NCBI GenBank assembly: GCA_000146045.2
Contig: BK006946.2
Coordinates: 512,001-576,000, forward strand
Source: TPA_inf: Saccharomyces
Lineage: Eukaryota
Length of the DNA stretch: 64,000 nt
Direction: 5' to 3'
In this document: piece by piece, positions 11,696-22,943 of the stretch
Layout of the letters: each line of letters opens with the position of its first letter
How positions within the stretch are numbered: position 1 is the first letter of the stretch
Position numbers and translations under genes: made by a program
Notes under the pieces: model-generated
Told to the model about the DNA's origin: nothing
The model's input: only the letters and a program-made list of their open reading frames with translations
Database searches by the model: none

Positions 11696-14600
11696 ATGGG
11701 TACTTACAGAAAAAGGTTTAATGAAAAAGCCAGATCCGGCCATATGGCCAAATTAAAAGAACTGAAAAGAATTAGGAATAAGCAGTTCACTAGACAGGAT
11801 GAAAACGATGAAAGAGTAGAAAACCCAGATTCAGCTCCCGCTGAGAGTTCTACTACGGAGCCAAATGCCAATGCGGAAATTCTTGAACCTCTCACTGAAG
11901 AAGAAAAGAAAATGAAGAAAAGAAAACTACAGGAGTTATTTACCCCAAAGGAATCGAAAGTTTCGAGATTGAAGAAGAAAAGACTGGATAAATTTATTGA
12001 ACATCAATTAAAAAGAGAGGAAAGAAAGACAATTATTGGTAAACTTCAAGATTATAAGATAGATACAAGTTTGTTGACAAGCTCTAAAAGGTTAGGAGAG
12101 GGCAGGCAGACTAAAAAGGAAGAATTCAAAGAAGCACTGAGTTTAGAACGTCAAGGAAGAGGAAATGAACAAACAAATGAAATATTATACGAAGAATATG
12201 AACCAAAAGTTTGGGATGAGTATGGTGAAGGAGGGAGCTCTGAGGATGATGACGGCGAAGATGATTTCGAGGCTTCATTTGGTAGTATGCCGAAACCAAC
12301 GGACAATGAGGAGAAGAAATCATCAGGTTTTATTGATCATAGACCAGCAAAATTTGGTGGATCTGGTCTTAGCTTTGGGTTTAGCAATATAAAAGTCATA
12401 AACAAAGAAAGCAAAACTCCGAAGAAGAAATATAATTGGAGACAACGAGTAGAAATGGAAGAATTGAAGAAGCATGGGAAAGAAGATGAAATGGATTTCG
12501 ACACGACATCTGAAGATGATGACGAAGAGGAGGATCAGGAAGAAGAAGACAAAATGCATCCTAGTGAAAACCCACTCGAAGAAGTTGAAAGCGCAGATAG
12601 TGAAACTGGCTCAGAAAAATTTGACCAAAATGATGTTGCTAACGAATTCAAGGATTGGGCCAATCAAGAAATAAAAAAATTGGAAGGTAGAGATCAAGAG
12701 CTAGTTACTCCCACTTTGAACATCGATTATAAACCGATAATTAGAAAGGAAGATTTAGATGATGGTCTCCAAGAAGCTTATGTTCCAATAAACGAGAATT
12801 CCACCCGTAAAGCCTTCTATGTTGAAGTTAGCAGATCAGATGAAATTCAGAAAGCAAGAATTCAACTACCAGTATTTGGTGAAGAACACAAAATTATGGA
12901 GGCTATTCACCATAATGATGTAGTGATTATTTGTGGTGAAACGGGGTCAGGTAAGACTACACAAGTCCCACAATTTTTATATGAGGCTGGGTTTGGTGCC
13001 GAAGATTCTCCAGATTACCCAGGAATGGTGGGTATCACTCAACCAAGAAGAGTGGCCGCTGTGTCCATGGCTGAACGTGTAGCTAATGAATTGGGGGACC
13101 ATGGTCATAAAGTAGGATACCAAATTAGGTTTGACTCTACCGCAAAGGAGGACACAAAGGTCAAGTTTATGACAGATGGTGTCTTGCTACGAGAAATGAT
13201 GCACGATTTCAAGTTGACTAAATATTCCTCCATTATCATAGATGAAGCACATGAAAGAAACATTAACACTGATATTTTGATCGGTATGCTTAGCCGTTGT
13301 GTTCGGTTAAGAGCTAAACTACATAAGGAGAACCCGATCGAGCACAAGAAGCTAAAACTCATCATCATGTCAGCTACATTAAGGGTATCAGATTTCAGCG
13401 AAAACAAAACATTGTTCCCCATAGCGCCCCCTGTCTTACAGGTTGATGCAAGGCAGTTTCCAGTCTCTATTCACTTTAATCGTAGAACTGCATTCAACTA
13501 TACAGACGAGGCTTTCAGAAAGACTTGCAAAATTCACCAGAAACTTCCTCCTGGCGCTATATTGGTGTTTTTAACCGGTCAGCAGGAAATTACACACATG
13601 GTAAAAAGGCTAAGAAAGGAATTTCCTTTTAAGAAAAACTCCAAGTACAACAAAGATTTAGAAACACCCGTTTCTAAAATGGGTATCAATTCAAAAACAA
13701 CAGATTTGGAGGCTGAGGATATAGACTTCAGTGTACAAGTTATCGATCAAGATAAGTTCAAGAGCGCGATAAGATACGAAGAAGATGAAGGTAACAGTGG
13801 AAACGGTGAAGATGAGGAAGACGAAGAGGAAGAAGGGTTTGAAGAAGTCCTAACTGAAGGGCAAACAGCTAACGATCCTTTATATGTCCTTCCACTGTAT
13901 TCTCTATTACCAACCAAGGAACAAATGAGAGTCTTTCAAAAACCTCCTCAAGGTTCTAGGCTTTGTATTGTTGCAACAAATGTTGCAGAAACATCGTTAA
14001 CTATACCTGGAGTTAGATATGTTGTTGATTCCGGGAGGTCTAAAGAGCGTAAATATAATGAATCAAATGGCGTACAGAGTTTTGAAGTGGGCTGGGTAAG
14101 TAAAGCTAGTGCCAATCAAAGAAGCGGTAGAGCAGGTCGTACTGGACCAGGCCATTGTTACCGTTTATATTCGTCTGCTGTTTTTGAACATGATTTCGAA
14201 CAGTTCTCTAAACCTGAAATCTTAAGAATGCCAGTGGAGAGCATCGTGTTACAAATGAAGAGCATGGCCATTCATAATATCATTAATTTTCCATTTCCAA
14301 CTCCTCCAGATAGAGTTGCCCTTTCCAAGGCAATACAATTACTGCAATATTTAGGTGCTCTTGATAATAAGGAGATGATTACTGAAGATGGTAAAAAAAT
14401 GAGCCTGTTCCCACTTTCACCCAGATTTTCCAAAATGTTACTTGTTTCTGACGAAAAAGCCTGCCTTCCTTATATTGTAGCAATTGTTAGTGCCCTTTCG
14501 GTGGGAGATCCTTTTATCAATGAATTTGAGTTGGGAATAAACGAAATTTCTAGAAAACCAAATCCAGATGAAAATCTAGATGATAAGATTAGAGAGCACG

Positions 14601-15499
14601 ATGAATCAACACCAGGTATGGATCCTGAACTGAAAAAGGAATTGCGCAGTAAATTCTATAAAAGCAGGAGTCAGTTTAGTAAATTAGACAAATTTAGTGA
14701 CGTATTCCGTTTATTAAGTGTTGTAAGTGCAATGGACTACGTTCCAAAGGAACAAAAAGAAATATTCATGAAGAAAAATTTTTTAAGAGGCAAACTAATG
14801 GAAGAAATAGTAAAATTGAGGAAGCAGTTAATGTATATCATCAAGTCCAACACTTCAAAAGAAAATATTGCCGTAGTAATTAGGAATGAAGACTTGAAAA
14901 GTGATATTCCAAGCGTCATACAAATAAAACTTTTAAAACAAATGATTTGCGCTGGTTTTGTCGACCATGTTGCCGTAAGAGCAGATGTTTTATTTCCAGA
15001 TGATGCTAAGATAACCAACAGAACTTCCATAATCAACATTCCTTATATTCCTGTTTTGGCCACGAGAACACCAAATATCGAGGACTGCTTTGTCTATATC
15101 CATCCGACTTCAATTTTAAATAATTTGGGGGAAATGCCACCCAAATACATGCTCTATTATTCCTTGCACCTTGGTGGAAATAATAAAACAAGGATGAATA
15201 CTTTATGTGACATCGCAAGCACCCCCTTAGCGAACATAGCAAGAAAGGGACTTCTTTTGACATACAGTAAACCTCTGACTGGTCAAGGCTTGAAGACCGT
15301 TAATTTATCACCTACGGAACGGTATTGTTATGTGGTTCCTAGATTTGGATCCACAGTTGACAACGATCTCAAGATTGGTTGGGATTTAAATCCTATAGCA
15401 GTGCATCAGAAGAAGCAAAAAGGCCAGTGGACAGTCATTAAGTTTATCACCAGAAAGGGCTTCCAGACCATCACAGGTGAAGAGAAAGAAAAAAAATAA
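11696..15499 (+). CDS. ECM16: DEAH-box RNA helicase Dhr1/Ecm16 of the SSU processome, 1267 aa
   Basis: Walker A GETGSGKTTQ, DEAH box (IIIDEAHERN), SAT (MSATL), helicase C motifs (QRSGRAGRTGPGHCYRLYS), acidic N-terminus. Length 1267 aa equals YMR128W. Confidence 0.9.
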   Translation: MGTYRKRFNEKARSGHMAKLKELKRIRNKQFTRQDENDERVENPDSAPAESSTTEPNANAEILEPLTEEEKKMKKRKLQELFTPKESKVSRLKKKRLDKFIEHQLKREERKTIIGKLQDYKIDTSLLTSSKRLGEGRQTKKEEFKEALSLERQGRGNEQTNEILYEEYEPKVWDEYGEGGSSEDDDGEDDFEASFGSMPKPTDNEEKKSSGFIDHRPAKFGGSGLSFGFSNIKVINKESKTPKKKYNWRQRVEMEELKKHGKEDEMDFDTTSEDDDEEEDQEEEDKMHPSENPLEEVESADSETGSEKFDQNDVANEFKDWANQEIKKLEGRDQELVTPTLNIDYKPIIRKEDLDDGLQEAYVPINENSTRKAFYVEVSRSDEIQKARIQLPVFGEEHKIMEAIHHNDVVIICGETGSGKTTQVPQFLYEAGFGAEDSPDYPGMVGITQPRRVAAVSMAERVANELGDHGHKVGYQIRFDSTAKEDTKVKFMTDGVLLREMMHDFKLTKYSSIIIDEAHERNINTDILIGMLSRCVRLRAKLHKENPIEHKKLKLIIMSATLRVSDFSENKTLFPIAPPVLQVDARQFPVSIHFNRRTAFNYTDEAFRKTCKIHQKLPPGAILVFLTGQQEITHMVKRLRKEFPFKKNSKYNKDLETPVSKMGINSKTTDLEAEDIDFSVQVIDQDKFKSAIRYEEDEGNSGNGEDEEDEEEEGFEEVLTEGQTANDPLYVLPLYSLLPTKEQMRVFQKPPQGSRLCIVATNVAETSLTIPGVRYVVDSGRSKERKYNESNGVQSFEVGWVSKASANQRSGRAGRTGPGHCYRLYSSAVFEHDFEQFSKPEILRMPVESIVLQMKSMAIHNIINFPFPTPPDRVALSKAIQLLQYLGALDNKEMITEDGKKMSLFPLSPRFSKMLLVSDEKACLPYIVAIVSALSVGDPFINEFELGINEISRKPNPDENLDDKIREHDESTPGMDPELKKELRSKFYKSRSQFSKLDKFSDVFRLLSVVSAMDYVPKEQKEIFMKKNFLRGKLMEEIVKLRKQLMYIIKSNTSKENIAVVIRNEDLKSDIPSVIQIKLLKQMICAGFVDHVAVRADVLFPDDAKITNRTSIINIPYIPVLATRTPNIEDCFVYIHPTSILNNLGEMPPKYMLYYSLHLGGNNKTRMNTLCDIASTPLANIARKGLLLTYSKPLTGQGLKTVNLSPTERYCYVVPRFGSTVDNDLKIGWDLNPIAVHQKKQKGQWTVIKFITRKGFQTITGEEKEKK

Positions 15500-15803
15500 T
15501 GCGCTGGTATTATAGAAATAGAGTTTCATTATATAAGAACATATAGGAAGAATACATTATTCCTATCTAGGGCATCAAATAATTGCAACCACTTAATGTT
15601 AACTTCCTTCATAATTCAAAACATTATGTTCTATAGCACTATGTATTTTATGTCATTATATACGTAGTCAATAACTTTATACGTTTTTTTTATTGAACAA
15701 AAGTAAGAATTGCTTAAGACATAATAAGAGGAAACTCATCGAACCAATTCAAAACGGATTATAGATTTATCATACCAGATACGTTTATCAGGAGGCTTGT
15801 ATA

Positions 15804-18800
15804 ATGGAGCACAGATATAACGTGTTTAATGATACTCCACGAGGGAACCATTGGATGGGCAGTTCTGTGTCAGGATCACCACGTCCATCTTATAGCAGTC
15901 GTCCTAATGTAAACACAACACGACGCTTCCAATATAGTGACGATGAGCCCGCTGAGAAAATCCGACCTTTACGCTCGAGGAGCTTTAAAAGTACTGAAAG
16001 TAACATAAGCGATGAAAAATCAAGGATATCTGAACGTGACAGCAAAGACCGCTACATTAATGGTGATAAAAAGGTAGACATTTATTCACTGCCTCTAATA
16101 TCAACCGATGTTTTAGAAATTTCCAAACAAAGGACATTTGCGGTGATATTGTTTTTAATAATTCAATGTTATAAAATATATGACCTGGTAATACTTAAAT
16201 CGGGGTTACCGCTTTCGGGTTTACTGTTTAAGAACTATCGATTTAATTTCATATCCAAGTATTTCATTATAGATTCCTTCTTCCTGTATGTTTTACCATC
16301 CTTTAACATTCCTAGGTTGACTTTTAAGCCATGGGTTGTTTATCTCCAGATTTTAGCTATGCTACTATTGAACATTTTCATATCAAGCGATCACGAGTTC
16401 GTTTTGATTTCATTAATTATGACCACATGGAGAAAACTTTATACGAAAGAATTAAGTGTAACAGGTTCAGCCATTAACCATCATCGTATTTTTGATTCTT
16501 CCGCTCATTTTAAGGGTGCTCTAACAATCAAGATCCTACCTGAAAACACAGCTATGTTTAATCCTCTTCATGAATCATATTGTTTGCCCATGGATACCAA
16601 TCTTTTTAAAATTAACTCAATTGACGTACCCATCAGAATAAACTCAACTGAAGAGATTGAATATATCGAGTTGGAATATAGAGATCTTTACACAAATTCG
16701 GTAGAGTTACGGTCTTTGAGTAAGAAAGACTTCAAAATCATCGATAACCCCAAATCCTTTTTAAAAAAAGATCAGTCAGTTCTAAAGTCACATTCAAACG
16801 ATTTTGAAGAAGGCAGTACAATTCGTTATTTGGCTGTAACTCTTCAAGATATTGGCTTTTATCAAATCAAAAAAATTGTTGATTCAAAAAAACTGAATTT
16901 AAAGATCCATCAGTCACACTTGGTTGTACCCTACTGTCCAATTGCATCTATTACTGGAACTGGAAGCAATGATAGATGTATTGGCGATTCAGATAATGTT
17001 TCTTTTGAAATTCAAGGTGTGCCCCCAATGAAATTAGCATACTCTAAGATCGTTAATGGTCAAACTTTTTCATATGTAGACTCCAGCTTGCAACCAGAAT
17101 ATTTTGAGTCTCCTTTGCAGTCAAGCAAATCCAAACAAAGTTTTACTCAAGGAGAACTAAACGATTTGAAATGGGGAAGAAACCAACCTGTTAATATTAA
17201 TTTAGACTCTTCCATTACCCAGGACGGCAAATTTGCATATAAAATTGATAAAATAACTGATGGTCTGGGAAATGTCGTGGATTTTACATCTCTCCCTGAA
17301 GAATTAAAAAAGCGCTATGATCTATCTTATAATTTCAATGTTCATGAGGTTCCACGTGCAGCGCTAGAAGAAAGATTTGATCCAAAGTCACCCACAAAAA
17401 GGTCTATTGCCATCGTGTTTGAAGAAATCAAAAACTGGATTTCAGACATTCCATATGTTATTAGCCTATCCTATACTGATGCACAAGACAAGTCGAAAAA
17501 GATAATGAATGTTACTACAGATTCTTTGACCAAAGTGTTGCAAGCGGATCTTCCGGGGTCATATAACTTAGAATATATTGAATCTAAGTTTTGTCCAGGT
17601 GAAATTGTGGGTAAATCAAACGTTCTTGTAACTATGCCAGTTGCACCTACTATGGAAGTTAAATCATTTCCAATATTGGACCAGTGTGTGGGACAGGTTG
17701 GTCTAAACTTTGAACTATCTTTTACTGGGGCTCCACCATACTATTATAACACTAAAATCTATAAGCTTGAAAACGGTGAAAGAAAGTTATATGATGCAAA
17801 GAGATACACCTCTGAAGGTACGAGAAATCGCTTCAGCTATAGTCCACCTAAAGAAGGTAACTATGAAATCGTGTTTGATACTGTTTCTAATAAATTATTC
17901 ACTGAACCAATCAAATTGGAACCTGTAAAAGAATATACTTTCAAGACATCAATGAGGGTGAAACCAAGCGCATCACTAAAATTACACCATGATTTGAAAC
18001 TCTGTTTGGGTGACCACAGCAGTGTCCCAGTAGCACTAAAAGGCCAAGGCCCTTTTACGTTAACATATGATATCATTGAAACTTTTTCTAGCAAGAGGAA
18101 AACTTTTGAAATTAAAGAAATAAAAACCAACGAATATGTCATTAAAACACCAGTCTTTACTACTGGTGGTGATTATATTCTATCTTTGGTTTCTATCAAG
18201 GATTCTACCGGCTGTGTAGTTGGACTCAGCCAACCAGATGCTAAAATACAGGTGAGGAGAGATATTCCATCTGCTGCATTCAATTTTTTTGAACCTATCA
18301 AAGAAGCTAAAATTAAGCACGGTTCTGTCACTGAAATTCCGCTCAAATTAAGTGGAGAGGGGCCATTCACCGTTAAGTTTAAACACATGGATTACGATGG
18401 AAACATTGTGAAAGAATTTGAAAACAAATTTCAGAATAGTTATAAGCCCGCTTTGAAAGTAAGTAAAGAAGGGCTTTACCAATTGGTCGATATTCGTGAC
18501 TCAAGTTGCCAAGGTAATGTGATTTACCGGAACAGTCTGTATAAGGTATCTTTCTTGGAGAAGCCAAAATTTGCAATTCAAGACAATCATCACATTACAA
18601 AAGTAACGGAAAATTTATTCTCTAAAGAAGAAGTCTGTCAAGGGATGGAAGGTACGGTTGATTTGGCTCTATTTGGTTCTCCACCATTCATATTAGAATA
18701 TGATTTGATGGCACCCAACGGTCATATTTCTACAAAAAAAATTCAGGTGGCAACCAAATACGCTTCACTGAAACTGCCTAATCAAATTCCTGGAGAGTAC

Positions 18801-19817
18801 ATAACTACTATTAAGGCCATCTTCGATGGCAATTATGGTGAAAGCGACATACATTTTAGAGAACATCAGTCGGAGCTCATAATCAAACAGACAGTGCACC
18901 CCATTCCAGACGTCGCCTTTGCTGATGGTGGTAAAACCTTGCGTGCATGTGCTGCTAATGTAGATCAAATCTCATTTTTGGAACCAATAAATTTGAAATT
19001 TTTACAAGGCGAAAGCCCATTTTCAATCACCTTTAGCGTTTATCACGAGAGTACCAGTAGGACAGATCAGTATACCATTGACAACATTGACTCAGAGAAC
19101 TTTTCATTTGAAAAGTTATATGAAGGGATGAAGTTAGGTAACCATGCCATTACTATTGATTCTGTTGTTGACGCAAATGGTTGTGTTAACAGCCTCATAT
19201 CTGGACCGCGTAATCAAATTCTTGTGTCAATTACTGATGCACCAAAGATACATATATTAGATCCTTCTACCGAGTATTGTGTTGGGGACTATGTTGCATA
19301 TCAATTAAACGGTGTGGCACCTTTCATGATTAAGTATGAATTCAACGGTATTCCACTAAAATCTAAGGAACGCAGCTCCCAATTTGTTAGATTAGCATCT
19401 GAACCGGGCATTATATCTATCACTTCTTTACAGGATTCATCATCACAATGCATTGTCGACTTTACGAACCCTAAATTAAAGAGTGAATTTGATGACTTAT
19501 CTTTAAACATACATCCTATTCCTTCCGTAACTGTTTCTCAAGGAAATTACGTTACTGAGGATATCCGCGAAGGTGACCAGGCTGAAGTAATCTTTTCGTT
19601 TGAAGGTACCCCACCATTCTCACTAACTTATGTAAGGACAGAAGAGACTGATGGAAAACACGGCAAAAGGAGGTCGCAGGTTGTTGAGACGCATAAAGTC
19701 ACTGATATATATTCTCATGAATACAAGGTAATTACAAGCTTGCAAGGTACCTACGAGGCGATTGAAATTACAGATGCTTATTGTTTTGCCAAAAATGATC
19801 TTTTTTTCAATAACTAA
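15804..19817 (+). CDS. POM152: Nuclear pore membrane glycoprotein Pom152, 1337 aa, with N-terminal TM region and repeated Ig-like lumenal domains
   Basis: 1337-aa ORF with hydrophobic segments near residues 110-200. At least 8 tandem ~100-aa repeats each contain a G-x-(A/P)-P-F motif (QGVPPMK, TGAPPYYY, GQGPFTLTY, GEGPFTVKF, GSPPFILEY, GESPFSITF, NGVAPFMIKY, EGTPPFSLTY). Confidence 0.9.
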   Translation: MEHRYNVFNDTPRGNHWMGSSVSGSPRPSYSSRPNVNTTRRFQYSDDEPAEKIRPLRSRSFKSTESNISDEKSRISERDSKDRYINGDKKVDIYSLPLISTDVLEISKQRTFAVILFLIIQCYKIYDLVILKSGLPLSGLLFKNYRFNFISKYFIIDSFFLYVLPSFNIPRLTFKPWVVYLQILAMLLLNIFISSDHEFVLISLIMTTWRKLYTKELSVTGSAINHHRIFDSSAHFKGALTIKILPENTAMFNPLHESYCLPMDTNLFKINSIDVPIRINSTEEIEYIELEYRDLYTNSVELRSLSKKDFKIIDNPKSFLKKDQSVLKSHSNDFEEGSTIRYLAVTLQDIGFYQIKKIVDSKKLNLKIHQSHLVVPYCPIASITGTGSNDRCIGDSDNVSFEIQGVPPMKLAYSKIVNGQTFSYVDSSLQPEYFESPLQSSKSKQSFTQGELNDLKWGRNQPVNINLDSSITQDGKFAYKIDKITDGLGNVVDFTSLPEELKKRYDLSYNFNVHEVPRAALEERFDPKSPTKRSIAIVFEEIKNWISDIPYVISLSYTDAQDKSKKIMNVTTDSLTKVLQADLPGSYNLEYIESKFCPGEIVGKSNVLVTMPVAPTMEVKSFPILDQCVGQVGLNFELSFTGAPPYYYNTKIYKLENGERKLYDAKRYTSEGTRNRFSYSPPKEGNYEIVFDTVSNKLFTEPIKLEPVKEYTFKTSMRVKPSASLKLHHDLKLCLGDHSSVPVALKGQGPFTLTYDIIETFSSKRKTFEIKEIKTNEYVIKTPVFTTGGDYILSLVSIKDSTGCVVGLSQPDAKIQVRRDIPSAAFNFFEPIKEAKIKHGSVTEIPLKLSGEGPFTVKFKHMDYDGNIVKEFENKFQNSYKPALKVSKEGLYQLVDIRDSSCQGNVIYRNSLYKVSFLEKPKFAIQDNHHITKVTENLFSKEEVCQGMEGTVDLALFGSPPFILEYDLMAPNGHISTKKIQVATKYASLKLPNQIPGEYITTIKAIFDGNYGESDIHFREHQSELIIKQTVHPIPDVAFADGGKTLRACAANVDQISFLEPINLKFLQGESPFSITFSVYHESTSRTDQYTIDNIDSENFSFEKLYEGMKLGNHAITIDSVVDANGCVNSLISGPRNQILVSITDAPKIHILDPSTEYCVGDYVAYQLNGVAPFMIKYEFNGIPLKSKERSSQFVRLASEPGIISITSLQDSSSQCIVDFTNPKLKSEFDDLSLNIHPIPSVTVSQGNYVTEDIREGDQAEVIFSFEGTPPFSLTYVRTEETDGKHGKRRSQVVETHKVTDIYSHEYKVITSLQGTYEAIEITDAYCFAKNDLFFNN

Positions 19818-20118
19818 ATATTACAAGAAAGTCTGATGAAATTTTTCTTTCCCGCAATATTTTTGTACAATTGTAATGTATAATATATCTCTGTACATCA
19901 GTATTAAAATACTTAAGAAAGCGAAAAAGACGCCTGTATTGTTTGTTGTTCTTTTTCTTCAAAATTATCAAGACGCTCGATTCAATTATCTTCGCTCATA
20001 GTAACTCGAAAGAGTGTAGGTGAATGAATAGAAAAAGAGAGCGCTGAGACCTTTGTCCTTTACGGTCTATAGAGGTGTGTTAAAAGCAGACTTTTGAACA
20101 TCCACAGAAATTGGCTCA

Positions 20119-21027
20119 ATGACCTATCCGAAAAGAATACCTATAAATGCGTGGTCTGAAGTTCATAGGGTGGCAAGGCCACTAATTATTACTTTCGACG
20201 CATATAATACACTATACGCCACAAAACTTCCCGTCATGGAACAATACTGCATTGTTGGGCGTAAATATGGTATCAAGGCGAATCCTTCGACTTTAACAAA
20301 CAATTTTCCACACGTTTTTAAAAAACTGAAGGAAGACTATCCCCAATACGGAAAATATTCTGGTATCAAGCCCGAACAATGGTGGTCCATCTTGATTAGG
20401 AACGTCTTCGCACCAAACGAAATTCCCGATGAGATGATAAATGAAATATTAATGCGGTTTGAGGGCTTCGATTCGTATTTTGTTTATCCAGATTTGATCA
20501 AATTTTTAAAGGATTTGAAGTCAAGACATCCTGATGTTATCTTAGGAATAGTAAGCAATACTGATCCAATTTTTTACAAATTATTAAAGAATATCGGATT
20601 ATTTGAGACATTTTCCGGTCACATTTATTTATCATATGAGCTTAATCTCGCCAAACCTGATAGAGCAATATTTCAATATGCGCTTGACGATATTATATCT
20701 AAACAACCTCATTTACTCGAAAAGTACACCAGGGAGGAAATTCTACAGCATTGCTTTCACATCGGAGATGAATTAAAGAACGATCTCGAAGGGGCAGAAG
20801 CTGCCGGTTGGACTGGTATACTGTTAGATAGAAATGATAAATACGGGTTTCTTTCAAACTCGATTAGTAAACCAATGCGGGACGAATACAAGCTGTCAAT
20901 TGATAAAATAGATAATAATTCAATAAACACTTGGGAAGCCAATACTAAGCAAACTGACACGTTACAGTTGAGTGAAAGAAAGTACGTTGTTTCGAATCTT
21001 GAGGTTTTAGAGGAACTCTTTCCCTGA
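20119..21027 (+). CDS. DPI35: HAD-superfamily hydrolase-like protein, 302 aa
   Basis: ITFDAYNTLY (DxYxT HAD motif I) near the N-terminus and GD..ND near the C-terminus. Length and position match YMR130W; the symbol is from memory and not verified. Confidence 0.6.
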   Translation: MTYPKRIPINAWSEVHRVARPLIITFDAYNTLYATKLPVMEQYCIVGRKYGIKANPSTLTNNFPHVFKKLKEDYPQYGKYSGIKPEQWWSILIRNVFAPNEIPDEMINEILMRFEGFDSYFVYPDLIKFLKDLKSRHPDVILGIVSNTDPIFYKLLKNIGLFETFSGHIYLSYELNLAKPDRAIFQYALDDIISKQPHLLEKYTREEILQHCFHIGDELKNDLEGAEAAGWTGILLDRNDKYGFLSNSISKPMRDEYKLSIDKIDNNSINTWEANTKQTDTLQLSERKYVVSNLEVLEELFP

Positions 21028-21162
21028 GCGCCTAACGTTACAGTAACAAATATGTATGATAGATATTATTCATATCCGCCAGTAATATTTACTATATCTT
21101 TGAATGGGTTTGTTTATTAATAATCTACTATGTGTAAATATATGATCCAAGTATTATACAGT

Positions 21163-22698
21163 TTAGACACTGATTGTTTTCCAGACGTTCAAACCGTCAG
21201 TACCGGTACTTACTAAACAACCTGGGATTTGCTTATGCCATTTGACATCTTTAACTTCCTTTTGCCAGTGAACAAACAATAATTGTGGTGGAATTTCTTG
21301 TAGCTCTTTTGTTTCGGCGGCCTGTTGTTTAATTTCCTCATCGTCAGCTTCTACAGACAAATCCCACAAAGTCACAGTATTATCTTCTGAGCCTACCGCA
21401 ACGATAGACTCATCTAATGGGTTGAATGCAATGGAAGTAATGGCTCCCTTATGGAAGTCATATTGAGCAACCGGTTGGACGGCGTCAGCATTACTTGGCG
21501 TAAACTGTCTTAAATCCCATACTCCCCATGTACCGTTATCGTCACCGCTTGCTAGCAAGTAACCAATTTTATCACTCCAACTTATGACATTTACGTCAGT
21601 ATTAGAAGCTTTAACAGAGATAGCAGGTTTATGTTTTTTTGATCTTGTGTCCCAAATCCTTATATATCCATCACATCCTGCGGTTGCAAAAACGGTGGAT
21701 TCAGTGCGAGACCACTGGATATCTTCTATGGATTTATTGTTTGAAACAGTAAATGGTTGTTTATCAGTCACCCATCTCGATGTGTGCCTTTGGGTAAAAT
21801 ATATTTGTCCTGAGCAATCACCTGATAGTAACGCACCAGTCTTGATCAATGGTGACCAATCCAACCCGTAGCCTTCAACATTCCCATGATTTTTTACAGT
21901 GTGAATAGGACGCTTAGCAGACTTCGGAATCTGATAACCTGGTGTGGAAAAAGCTTTGCTTTGTGGAGCTAGATTGTATATATAAACATCACCATTTTCG
22001 CTCATTGTAGCGGTTAACACCTCTTGATTAGAAATGGCAAAAGGAGAAACCTTTAATCTATTGGTTGTATCTCTCAATGGTATATTTTCATTCTCAATGA
22101 CTGGATCCACATCATCTTCATCATCCTCTTCATCATCTTCACCTTCATTATCGTCTTTCAAAAGTGTTTTCGCTAAATTAGAAAGTGCTAGAACCATTAG
22201 TTCATTCTCCTTTTTCCTGGAAGATTGAGTAGCCGTGGTCAACAAAATAGACTGTGGATAGTTTCTACGTTCAGAACCTAGTGTATCTGGAATGACATCT
22301 AATGTCAAGCATGGCCATGGCATATTGACATTATGTAGCATTTCATAAACAGTGGGATCAGCCTCAAGGACTTCATCTGGCCCTAATGGACGAGACATAT
22401 GGGGTAAGTAAAGCTCCTGGATCTTTTCTTTGTTGCCTTCGGATTGGTCCTTTTGTACTAAAGTTTCAGCTTCTTCTTGCTTTTTCCTAAGGTCATCTTC
22501 GTCATTAATCTCATCATCGCCATCAATTTCAATAATTTCACCATCACTATCAAATTCATCACTCAATTGTTCTTCTAGGTCATTCTTGGGAGCATCTTGC
22601 TCTTCAGAGGCGGGAATAGCAGGAACAGAGTGAGATTCTGTTTTAGCAGAGACCACTCTATCTTGTTCCTCGTTGACCTCGATAGACCTTTTCGACAT
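21163..22698 (-). CDS. RRB1: WD40-repeat ribosome assembly chaperone (Rpl3 escort), 511 aa
   Basis: Acidic N-terminal region followed by WD repeats (IWDTRS, TLWDLS, GVWDLRQ). 511 aa equals YMR131C. Confidence 0.85.
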
Positions 22699-22789
22699 TA
22701 TGGTGCTATTTCCGTGTATATGAAAACGGAGAGTAGGTGATATAACTATTTACCTACAAATTCAAACAACTACAATCCCTATAAGAAAT

Positions 22790-22860
22790 GATCATCTCAT
22801 CGCTAAATTCAGTTGGATTTTATTTTCTGTATTTTTCGCTGAAAGGAAAAAAATTTTCAC
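22790..22860. promoter_or_regulatory. PAC (CTCATCGC = reverse complement of GCGATGAG, 22796-22803) and RRPE (AAAAAATTTTC, ~22847-22858) upstream of RRB1
   Basis: Both motifs lie within 160 bp upstream of the RRB1 start codon (complement 22698). Confidence 0.55.
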
Positions 22861-22943
22861 GGCTCGAACGAAAAAAGAAACGTGATCACGATGTAAGTAC
22901 AAATGGTACTCTATTTTGAAGCGTCTACGTTATGTAGATGATA

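Noticed and set aside
12126-12674. Several 65-78-aa ORFs on both strands inside the ECM16 5' region
   Set aside because: Frame artefacts of the acidic/basic low-complexity N-terminus of Dhr1 (GAA/GAT/AAG repeats).
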